From Minisyncoccia bacterium (GTDB taxonomy: Bacteria; Patescibacteriota; Minisyncoccia; Phycocordibacterales; PALSA-1337), in assembly GCA_044228445.1 (NCBI GenBank), contig JBGAUV010000001.1:79827-143826 (forward strand): a DNA stretch of 64,000 nt, written 5' to 3'. Shown in pieces: positions 39,949-48,078 of this stretch. The position numbers and the translations under genes were made by a program. Within the stretch, counting starts at the first letter, position 1. Each line of letters begins with the position of its first letter. Under the pieces are notes generated by a model. The model saw nothing but the letters and a program-made list of their open reading frames with translations, did not search any database and had not been told where the DNA came from.

Positions 39949-40506
39949 ATGAATACTAAAGAAATTGAATGTAGATTTTTAGAAATAGATAAACAAGCAT
40001 TGATAAAAAAGCTTATTGAACTTGGAGCAAATGATGAGGGTGAGATAATGCTAGAGGAAACAATTATATATGATCCAGAAGGTAATTGGAGAAATGATAA
40101 TAGATTTGTTCGCTTAAGAAAAGTTGGTAATAAAACCAAACTAACTTACAAGGAGCATAGAGAACATACTGTTGATGGTACTTATGAGATTGAGTTTGGT
40201 ATTGATGATTATAAAAAAGCTGAACTACTTTTTGAAAAGATTGGATTAAAACCTTTTCGACGCCAGCAGAAAAAGCGTCATACCTTTAAGTTTAATGGAG
40301 TAACTTTTGATATTGATACATGGCCACGAATCCCTACATATGTAGAGTTAGAAGGGGAATCAGAACAAGATCTAAAACATGCTGCAAAATTGGTCGGTCT
40401 TGATTGGAAGGATGTAATTTTTAATAATGCAAGCTGGGTTATTGAGAATAAATACAACATTCCAGTTAGACAATTAAAATGGTTTACATTTGATAGATTC
40501 GAATAA
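39949..40506 (+). CDS. CYTH domain (class IV adenylate cyclase-like) protein
   Basis: EIECRF (ExExK-like), FVRLRK, LTYK, YEIEF, YVELEG. Confidence 0.88.
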   Translation: MNTKEIECRFLEIDKQALIKKLIELGANDEGEIMLEETIIYDPEGNWRNDNRFVRLRKVGNKTKLTYKEHREHTVDGTYEIEFGIDDYKKAELLFEKIGLKPFRRQQKKRHTFKFNGVTFDIDTWPRIPTYVELEGESEQDLKHAAKLVGLDWKDVIFNNASWVIENKYNIPVRQLKWFTFDRFE

Positions 40507-40558
40507 TTAAATATTTTTTAGAGTTTTACAAATTAACCCTATAAGCTACAATCATAAT

Positions 40559-40993
40559 ATGAATTCTATAAGTCCAATAAGTAAACAGTTCTTGGCTGTT
40601 CGTGCTGTAATCGAAAAGGACAATAAGGTTCTTGTTATTAGAGAAGCAACAAAATATCTTGGTGGTACTAATCATGGTAAATACGATTTTCCTGGAGGTA
40701 AAATCAAGGCTGGAGAAGAAATTCATGAAGCCCTAATAAGAGAAATAAAAGAAGAAATTGGAGTAAAGATAAAGATATTAAATCCGTTCTTTGTTGATGA
40801 GTGGAGACCAATTATTAAACTAGAACAAATTCAAATTATAGGAATATTTTTTAAATGTGAATTGATTGATGATGAAAAGATTAAACTTAGTGATGATCAT
40901 GATGATTATAAATGGGTTGATAAAGAAAATTATTATAAATTACCATTAATAGAAGCTACACGTAGGGCTTTGGATGAATTTTACTCAAAATGA
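40559..40993 (+). CDS. NUDIX hydrolase
   Basis: Nudix box PGGKIKAGEEIHEALIREIKEEIG. Confidence 0.93.
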   Translation: MNSISPISKQFLAVRAVIEKDNKVLVIREATKYLGGTNHGKYDFPGGKIKAGEEIHEALIREIKEEIGVKIKILNPFFVDEWRPIIKLEQIQIIGIFFKCELIDDEKIKLSDDHDDYKWVDKENYYKLPLIEATRRALDEFYSK

Positions 40994-41694
40994 ATGGGAT
41001 TATCATTACAGGTTTGACTGGATCAGGTAAAACGCAAATTGCTTTTGAGCTTGCTCGCAAGATAAATGGGGAAGTCATAAACCTTGATCGCACCTTTACA
41101 TGGAAATATTTTCCTTTAAGTTCAGGTATGTCAGATGTTAAAGAGGAAAAAGGTGTAGAAAAGCATCTTTATGAATTTTTAGAGCCCAGTGAAGAACTCA
41201 TTCCTAATGATGAGTATGCATTAATGGTTATTGATAAAGCCAAAGAAATTATTTCTCGAGGCAAGGTTCCTATTGTAGAAGGAGGTTCACCAAAGTATTT
41301 TAAAGATCTTTATGTGAAAAATATTTCAGTTAAACTCTTTGATCCGATGGTATACCTTACCTATCCTAAGTTAGTTGATATAGAAAGAAAGATACTTAAT
41401 AGAATTGAAAGAACCATACAACTTGGTCTCATAGAAGAGATAAAAACAAATCTTAATAAGTATAGGAATACTCAGTTCATGAAAGAGGGTAAATTTGTTG
41501 TGCCTATTATAAATTATCTTGATGGAATTATTGATTTAAATAAAGCAAAAAAAGATATGGTTAATGGCGCCATAGATCTAATTGCTTACCAAAAAGATGA
41601 ATTTTCTAAGTATCCAGATTTGATTAATATTGAGAATAAAAATCCAGAAGAAAGTCTGTGTGAAATTATTAAGTTGTGGAATAGGATTGGTTAA
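40990..41694 (+). CDS. Isopentenyl/dimethylallyl transferase (IPT family, short adenylate-IPT-like)
   Basis: GLTGSGKT P-loop, INLDR, PIVEGGS; 234 aa; ATGA overlap with NUDIX gene. Confidence 0.8.
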   Translation: MNGIIITGLTGSGKTQIAFELARKINGEVINLDRTFTWKYFPLSSGMSDVKEEKGVEKHLYEFLEPSEELIPNDEYALMVIDKAKEIISRGKVPIVEGGSPKYFKDLYVKNISVKLFDPMVYLTYPKLVDIERKILNRIERTIQLGLIEEIKTNLNKYRNTQFMKEGKFVVPIINYLDGIIDLNKAKKDMVNGAIDLIAYQKDEFSKYPDLINIENKNPEESLCEIIKLWNRIG

Positions 41695-41799
41695 TTTTAG
41701 TAATTCTATTTTAGGTACTTTAACGAACTAGCTTTCATCAAAAAAGTAAGATTTTTTATTTAGCTATCTCTCATCTGGTAACCCTGCTATACTTTTAAA

Positions 41800-42333
41800 A
41801 TGAAACAAGAATTAAAAGACAAAATAGACTTAGCCAAAGCTTTTGCTGAGAGAAAATTTAAGGAATCTAATATAAACAATCATTATCTCGAAGTTTTTGA
41901 TATTTTAAGAAATGATTCTAAGATTGATGATGCGGATACTCTAATAGCCGGATTACTTCACGATACTATTGAAGATACAAATACAAGTTATGAAGAAATT
42001 GATAAGACTTTTGGTAAAAATGTAGCAAATATGGTTGATGAGGTTTCTCACCCAAAAAATTATAATACAGAACAGAAGAAAGAATATTATGAAAAAATAA
42101 AGCATATTTCTTGGGGAGGGAAGATGATAAAGTTGGCTGATTTTAAATCTCACCTTAAAAACTTTATCGGTGCATTTAAAGGTGAAAATAATTTAAAGAA
42201 ATTTACACATAATGAATATTGTTTATACATTCGTAGTTTTTTACTAAGTTGTGATAATTCTTTAGCAAAAGATGAAGTAACTAAGTTAAATGATCAATTA
42301 GATAATTTTATTTTAAATAATATCCAAAAATAA
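41800..42333 (+). CDS. HD domain protein, SpoT/Mesh1-type small alarmone hydrolase-like
   Basis: H...AGLLHDTIEDT...FG..VA..V..VS...IKLAD. Confidence 0.85.
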   Translation: MKQELKDKIDLAKAFAERKFKESNINNHYLEVFDILRNDSKIDDADTLIAGLLHDTIEDTNTSYEEIDKTFGKNVANMVDEVSHPKNYNTEQKKEYYEKIKHISWGGKMIKLADFKSHLKNFIGAFKGENNLKKFTHNEYCLYIRSFLLSCDNSLAKDEVTKLNDQLDNFILNNIQK

Positions 42334-42376
42334 ATAACCTTTTAAAAACCTTAAAACATGATACGATGGAAAATAT

Positions 42377-43022
42377 ATGAAAAGACAAAATCACTATAGA
42401 GATATTCTTAACTATGTATCAGAATTTCAAATAAAGGCTCAAAATATAAAGCGATTCGAAGGCAATTCTTATGTTAATGGTGATAATATAGCAGAACATC
42501 TTTCTCGATTAACAAGACTGCTTATATCTATTGCTCCACAAATTAAAAAAGAATTTCCTGATCAAAACAATATTATAGAAGAAATTCTAGTTACACTTCT
42601 TATACATGATGACGATGAAGTGATTGATGGTTTTGATATTCCAACTGCACTAAAAGTTCATAATGTGAAAGATAAAGAAGAAATAGTTAAATTCGAACAT
42701 TCAGTCTCTACTTTAGGAGAAGAAGGAAAGAATTATCTAGTTCCACTTTTTACTTCATTTAGAAATAAAGATACTTTGATAGCAAAGATAGCAAAAGCAC
42801 TCGATAATATTTCGGGTAATCAATTGGTTATAGAGCAGAGGTATTTCAAAAACAATCGATAATGTTATTGATGCTCAAATTGAACAAATTGTTGAGTATC
42901 GTAAACAAGCGTTATTAAATATTAAAAGTTTTCCAGAAAATGCCGAGAGACTTTTAAAAATTGATATTTTAAATCATAAGCTTGATAAATCAAAGATTAA
43001 CTTACCCCTTGAGCAAATTTAG
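42377..43022 (+). pseudogene. HD domain (YfbR/HDDC2-like nucleotidase), frameshifted near 42834-42860
   Basis: DNIAEH, LIHDDDE, GFDIPT; ORF stops at 42862 but an alternative frame is open 42834-43022 up to the next gene. Confidence 0.65.
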
Positions 43023-43028
43023 GATTTT

Positions 43029-43919
43029 ATGGAAAATAAATTTGATAGACAATATTTATCTATAATTAAAAGTGTTTTAGAAGAGGGAACAGAGAGAGTA
43101 ACTAGATCAGGTGCAGGTACGATAAGTATCCATGGTCAAATGATAAAACATGATATGTCTCAAGGTTTCCCCTTAACAACACTTAGATCAATTCCATTTA
43201 GACTAATTGCTTCAGAGCTCGAATGGACTTTAAAAGGCAAGACAGATAAAAAATCACTTAATGAAATGGGTAATCATATTTGGGATAAATTTTGTAATCC
43301 AAAATATGTTAAGAATTTTAAAAATGATCAGGATACGTATGATTTAATGTATAAAGAGAATGATCTTGGACCCATATATGGATTTCAATGGAGACATTTT
43401 GGTGCAGAATATATTGGTCCAGACGAAGAATATAATAATCAAGGATTTGATCAAATACAAAACTTAATAGATATGTTAAATAAAAATACATATTCAAAAA
43501 GACTTATTATTACAAACTGGAATCCTAAAGATATACCAGAAATGGCTGTGCCTTGTTGTCCGTGTATGATTCAACTAATTCGTCATGGCGATAAATTAAA
43601 CCTATCTTTTTTCCAAAGATCAGCTGATTGTATACTCGGTTTACCTTTTGATTTTGCTTTTCATGCTCTATTGTTACATCTTTTTGCTCTACAGACTGGG
43701 TTACAGGCAGGAAGTGTTGTGGGCTTCTTTAACAATATAGAAATATTTAATCAACATATAGAAGGAGCAAAAGAAATATTAAAAAGAAAGCCAAACGAAC
43801 TAGGTACACTGAATACAAAAGATTTTAAAGATATATTTAACTGGAAATTTACAGATACAGAATTATTAAATTATAAACCTAATAGTTCATTGAAGTTTGA
43901 AGTTAATATTTCTAGTTAA
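43029..43919 (+). CDS. Thymidylate synthase homolog with non-canonical active site (probable cytidylate C5-modifying enzyme)
   Basis: GFPLTT, LGPIYGFQWRH, catalytic Cys in AVPCCP, QRSAD, GLPFD (not GLPFN), NIEIF (not DxHxY). Confidence 0.85.
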   Translation: MENKFDRQYLSIIKSVLEEGTERVTRSGAGTISIHGQMIKHDMSQGFPLTTLRSIPFRLIASELEWTLKGKTDKKSLNEMGNHIWDKFCNPKYVKNFKNDQDTYDLMYKENDLGPIYGFQWRHFGAEYIGPDEEYNNQGFDQIQNLIDMLNKNTYSKRLIITNWNPKDIPEMAVPCCPCMIQLIRHGDKLNLSFFQRSADCILGLPFDFAFHALLLHLFALQTGLQAGSVVGFFNNIEIFNQHIEGAKEILKRKPNELGTLNTKDFKDIFNWKFTDTELLNYKPNSSLKFEVNISS

Positions 43920-43976
43920 AATTAAAAATTATATTAAAACTTATGCTAATATAAAGCGAATAAAGTAAAAATAAAT

Positions 43977-44567
43977 ATGCTAAAACAAAAAGAAGAAATC
44001 GAGGTGAAGTATTTAGAAATTAATAAACAAGACATTGAGAAAAAACTCAATGAAATTGGCGCTATTAAAATAGGGGATTTCTTTTTAAGACATATATCTT
44101 TTGATTATCCTGACTATCGCTTGGATAAGGACAATAGCTGGATAAGACTCAGGGATGAACAGAAACAAGTAATTTTGGCATATAAGAAAAGAATGGGTGT
44201 AAGTTCACAAGATGGAAGTATAAATGATGAAGGTATGTTAGAAACAGAAGTAAAGGTTGATTCTTATGATAATACAAGAGTCTTTTTGAAGAATATAGGT
44301 CTAATTGAAAAACACGGTGAAGCACAAAAGAAAAGAACAAAATGGAAAAAAGGAAATATAATTTTCGATATAGATACAATAGCGATGATACCAACTTATA
44401 TAGAAATAGAAGCGCAGAATTTGAATGAAATCGATAAAGTAGCAATAGAGTTAGGATTAAATCCAGAAAAAAGAAAAATTTGTTCTGCAAATCAACTTTA
44501 TAAAATTTATGGAATTAATACTGAGGATTACATAACTATTAATTTTGATGAACAGATAAAGAAATAG
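43977..44567 (+). CDS. CYTH domain protein (second copy)
   Basis: EEIEVKY, WIRLRDE, LAYKK, ETEV, YIEIE. Confidence 0.88.
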   Translation: MLKQKEEIEVKYLEINKQDIEKKLNEIGAIKIGDFFLRHISFDYPDYRLDKDNSWIRLRDEQKQVILAYKKRMGVSSQDGSINDEGMLETEVKVDSYDNTRVFLKNIGLIEKHGEAQKKRTKWKKGNIIFDIDTIAMIPTYIEIEAQNLNEIDKVAIELGLNPEKRKICSANQLYKIYGINTEDYITINFDEQIKK

Positions 44568-44590
44568 CTAAAAAATGCTACAATATAAAT

Positions 44591-44986
44591 ATGAAACAAA
44601 TAATTTTGTATTTAATTACTCTATTTACAGTAGTTTTACTTGATATAACATGGTTCAAATTTTCTTCTAGTTTCTATGCAAAAGAGCTAGGTTATATATT
44701 TGGAGAAAAGATGAATTTTATTCCTGCAATTATATTCTATATAATTTATGCTTTTGGAATTTTATACTTTGTAATTAACCCAGTTATAGCAAGTGAAGGG
44801 AGTTATGTAAAAGCTTTGGTTATAGGAGCCTTTTTTGGACTAATTGCTTATGGAACTTATGATTTTACAAATCATGCAACAATAAAAGATTGGCCTATTA
44901 TTGTAACTATTGTAGATATTATTTGGGGAATGTTTGTAACTGGTATCGTAAGCACAATAGTATTTTTTATAGCAAATCGCATTTAG
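44591..44986 (+). CDS. DUF2177-like membrane protein
   Basis: LDITW, YGTYDFTNHATIKDWP, DIIWG. Confidence 0.8.
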   Translation: MKQIILYLITLFTVVLLDITWFKFSSSFYAKELGYIFGEKMNFIPAIIFYIIYAFGILYFVINPVIASEGSYVKALVIGAFFGLIAYGTYDFTNHATIKDWPIIVTIVDIIWGMFVTGIVSTIVFFIANRI

Positions 44987-45006
44987 ATAGGTGGTATAAT
45001 TAAACT

Positions 45007-45627
45007 ATGATTACTATATATATAACATTAGGAATAATTATTCTCTGGTCTTTATACGGATATTTTTCTTCAAATGTAGAATCAGCACAATATAAGGTTA
45101 TTGAAAAGAAAAAAGGTTATGAAATAAGATTATATTCACCACAGATATTAGCTCAAACAAAAGTGAAAGGGGAATATGATTATGCTTTAAACCAAGGCTT
45201 TCGCATTTTAGCTAAATACATATTTGGAAATAATATAAAAAAAGAAAGTATTGCTATGACAGCACCTGTTGTCGAAGAAAATAGTAAATCAGAAAATATA
45301 GCTATGACAACACCAGTGGTTTCAAGTATCGATGGGGAATATCATACTATAACTTTTAGTATGCCAAAAAAATATAATATAAATAATTTACCAAAACCTA
45401 TAGATAATAGGATAGAGATAATACAAGTTCCAGAAAAGAAAATGGCTGTAAAAAGAATTTCCTTTTTAAGGACATATGATGTAGTTAATAAAAATAAAAA
45501 TATCTTTATTCAACAATTGAAACAAGATAGTATAAAAATAGTAGGGGAAATAAAGTATGCTGGTTACAATGCTCCATGGACTCCACCTTGGATGATTAGA
45601 AATGAAGTTATGGTAGAAGTTATTTAA
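45007..45627 (+). CDS. SOUL family heme-binding protein
   Basis: YEIRLY, GFRILAKYIFGNN, IAMTAPV, YNAPWTPPWMIRNEV. Confidence 0.9.
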   Translation: MITIYITLGIIILWSLYGYFSSNVESAQYKVIEKKKGYEIRLYSPQILAQTKVKGEYDYALNQGFRILAKYIFGNNIKKESIAMTAPVVEENSKSENIAMTTPVVSSIDGEYHTITFSMPKKYNINNLPKPIDNRIEIIQVPEKKMAVKRISFLRTYDVVNKNKNIFIQQLKQDSIKIVGEIKYAGYNAPWTPPWMIRNEVMVEVI

Positions 45628-45631
45628 TTAT

Positions 45632-46162
45632 ATGGATAATAATAAAATACCTAGAATAGTAAATGTTAATGATAGTATGCAAAAAAACTATCAATATGAA
45701 ATAACAGAGCCTGAAGGTAAAAACTTTGATCCTGAATTTAAACCAGATCTTACTCCAAAAGAAATGCTTGAACTAGGTGTTTTTGGAGGTAGATATATGC
45801 GTGATTGCAAAGATGAATTTCCAAGTTCTTGGTTTGAAAATGCAAAGCTATTTAAAATAGGGGAAAAGGGTCATGATAAAAATTTAAATTATTTTAAAGA
45901 GGATGCTTCACAACCATTATCAGTATGGAGAGAAAAAGGTTGGATATATAAAGACGATCCTCGTGGCTGGTTTCAATGGTATTGTAGGTATTATATGGGT
46001 AGAAGAATAGAACTAGAGGATAAAAGACAAATAAAAAGATGGAAAGCTATGCGAAGACATATTTATCAATTAAAGGATAATTGTAAAGTAAAAGATGAAT
46101 TGTGCAGACCAAGACAGAGACAAGCTCTATTACATTGGGCTTATGATACAAGAAAGATTTGA
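45632..46162 (+). CDS. Uncharacterized Trp/Arg-rich protein
   Basis: LTPKEMLELGVFGGRY, DPRGWFQWYCRYYMGRR, RQIKRW, RQALLHWAYD. Confidence 0.75.
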   Translation: MDNNKIPRIVNVNDSMQKNYQYEITEPEGKNFDPEFKPDLTPKEMLELGVFGGRYMRDCKDEFPSSWFENAKLFKIGEKGHDKNLNYFKEDASQPLSVWREKGWIYKDDPRGWFQWYCRYYMGRRIELEDKRQIKRWKAMRRHIYQLKDNCKVKDELCRPRQRQALLHWAYDTRKI

Positions 46163-46225
46163 TACTATCAATTAACTTTTAATTTGATATAATCGCACTA
46201 GTTTTATTATTATTTAAATAAATTT

Positions 46226-46681
46226 ATGATCAGTATTACTATAATTATACTTTCTATTATTGGAGCAGTTTTGGCTGCTGTAATTGGTACTATTTGGTAT
46301 TCAAATTCAACACCAATGGGTAAAATCCATATGAGATATCTGGGTTTCGATAAGCTTACTGATGAAGAGAAAAAAGCTAAGATGATAGAAGCAAAACCTA
46401 TGATGTTGAAAATGTATTCAGGTCAGATGATTTTATCACTACTTACATCATTTGCTACTGTATTTATTGTTGCAAATAGTTTGAAAAATGGTCTTTCACT
46501 TGGTATGGCTCTAGGTTTTATAACTTTAAACTGGCTATGCTTTATGGTTCCAATTATTGGATCTGGAATAATATGGAGTAATTGTGACAGAGCTATTGTT
46601 TGGAAGAAATTCTTTTCAGATATTTTTTCAAATCTTGTAACACTACTAATAATAGGTGTATTAGCAAGCTTTTTTGTTTAA
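46226..46681 (+). CDS. DUF1761-like membrane protein
   Basis: IGTIWYS..PMGK; four TM helices. Confidence 0.65.
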   Translation: MISITIIILSIIGAVLAAVIGTIWYSNSTPMGKIHMRYLGFDKLTDEEKKAKMIEAKPMMLKMYSGQMILSLLTSFATVFIVANSLKNGLSLGMALGFITLNWLCFMVPIIGSGIIWSNCDRAIVWKKFFSDIFSNLVTLLIIGVLASFFV

Positions 46682-46702
46682 GACTTTATAATAGTTAGTT
46701 TT

Positions 46703-46732
46703 CAAAACTGCCGGCTTTTGTCGGCGGTTTTG
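46703..46732. terminator. Bidirectional terminator
   Basis: CAAAACTGCCGGC-TTTT-GTCGGCGGTTTTG. Confidence 0.8.
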
Positions 46733-48013
46733 TTATGTTTCCACCGAATCTCCAGCAACAAAACCTGTAGTCCAGCATAACTGTAGGCTATATCCTCCAG
46801 AAGGTCTATCAATATTTAATATATCCCCAACTAAAAAGAGATTGTCATATATTTTTGATTTCATAGTTTTAAAATCAACTTCATTTAAATCAATACCACC
46901 AGAAGTTATAATGGCTTTTTCTACACCAAGCAAACCTGATACTTGTATTTGTATATCTTTTAGTAATTTTACTAAAGATAGTCTCTGTTCTCTTGTAATA
47001 CTATGACACCAAGTATCACCATTTATACCTGATAGATCTGATATAGTTTCAGCAAAACTCGGTTTAAATAATTCAGTCAGAGCATTTTTAAACTTTTTAT
47101 TACTATTTTCTTTGAAAATATTTTGAAGTTTTTCATTTAGCATTCCATAATCAAGACTAGGTAAAACATCTAATGATATAAAAACTTCACCGTATTTTAA
47201 TAATTCACTTATATCACGACTCATATTTAATATACTTAGTCCAGATAAACCAAAATGAGTAAATAATATTTTACCTATATTTGAACCTTGTTTTTCATTA
47301 TTTTGATATAAAGTGATTTTTACATTATCTATAGTTACTCCTTGAATTCTTTTAACCCATTCATCTTTTATTGCTACAGGTACAAGAACTGCATCTTGTT
47401 CTATTACTTTATGTCCAATTTCTTTTAACCAAATAAAGCCATCACCAGTTGAACCAGTCTCTGGACGAGATTTTCCACCTGTAGCTAGTATAAAGTTTTT
47501 ACCATGTATTATATTTTTATTTTTTAATTTAACTCCAATTATTTTATTTTGTTCTTTTATAAAACCTTTTACTTCAGTATTTGAAATTATACTTACATTA
47601 TTCTTTTTTAAATCATTTACCAAAACATCCCAAACAGATTTGGCACTATTTGAGACAGGGAAGACTCTTTGATTTGCTTCTACCTTTGTTGGCATATTTC
47701 TTGAATTAAAAAAATCCAAAGTATTCTTTACACTCCATTTTGAAAAAGCAGAAAATAGATATTTATCACTATCTTTAAACTTACTCAATAACTTTCTATT
47801 ATCTAGTTCAGCATTTGTGACATTACATCTACCTCCACCGGTTATTAGTAATTTTTTACCCAAAATATCATTCTTTTCAATAAGTAAAACTCTACCACCT
47901 CTTTCACTGGCTCTTATGGCAGACATCATACCAGCAGGACCACCACCTATAACTATCACATCCCATATTTCTGGCTGTTTGTTTACTGTTTTATCTAGAT
48001 TTACCTCACTCAT
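46733..48013 (-). CDS. HI0933/YhiN family flavoprotein
   Basis: IGGGPAGM, GKKLLITGGGRCNVTN, LATGG, GSTGDG, LFTHFGLSG, GGYSLQ. Confidence 0.92.
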   Translation of the reverse strand: MSEVNLDKTVNKQPEIWDVIVIGGGPAGMMSAIRASERGGRVLLIEKNDILGKKLLITGGGRCNVTNAELDNRKLLSKFKDSDKYLFSAFSKWSVKNTLDFFNSRNMPTKVEANQRVFPVSNSAKSVWDVLVNDLKKNNVSIISNTEVKGFIKEQNKIIGVKLKNKNIIHGKNFILATGGKSRPETGSTGDGFIWLKEIGHKVIEQDAVLVPVAIKDEWVKRIQGVTIDNVKITLYQNNEKQGSNIGKILFTHFGLSGLSILNMSRDISELLKYGEVFISLDVLPSLDYGMLNEKLQNIFKENSNKKFKNALTELFKPSFAETISDLSGINGDTWCHSITREQRLSLVKLLKDIQIQVSGLLGVEKAIITSGGIDLNEVDFKTMKSKIYDNLFLVGDILNIDRPSGGYSLQLCWTTGFVAGDSVET

Positions 48014-48078
48014 AGAACTATCCTAGCATAATATTCGAAATAGTAGTCATAAGTCATTTTTAATGGTAACGTGAAGAA

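Noticed and set aside
40990-41694. Housekeeping miaA
   Set aside because: Too short, and motifs (LDR, EGGS) match adenylate IPTs rather than MiaA
43029-43919. Housekeeping thyA
   Set aside because: Specificity residue Asn->Asp and loss of His/Tyr sugar contacts
39234-46700. Integrative element with att repeats at tRNA-Gln
   Set aside because: No integrase, and no duplicate of the tRNA 3' end noticed by eye
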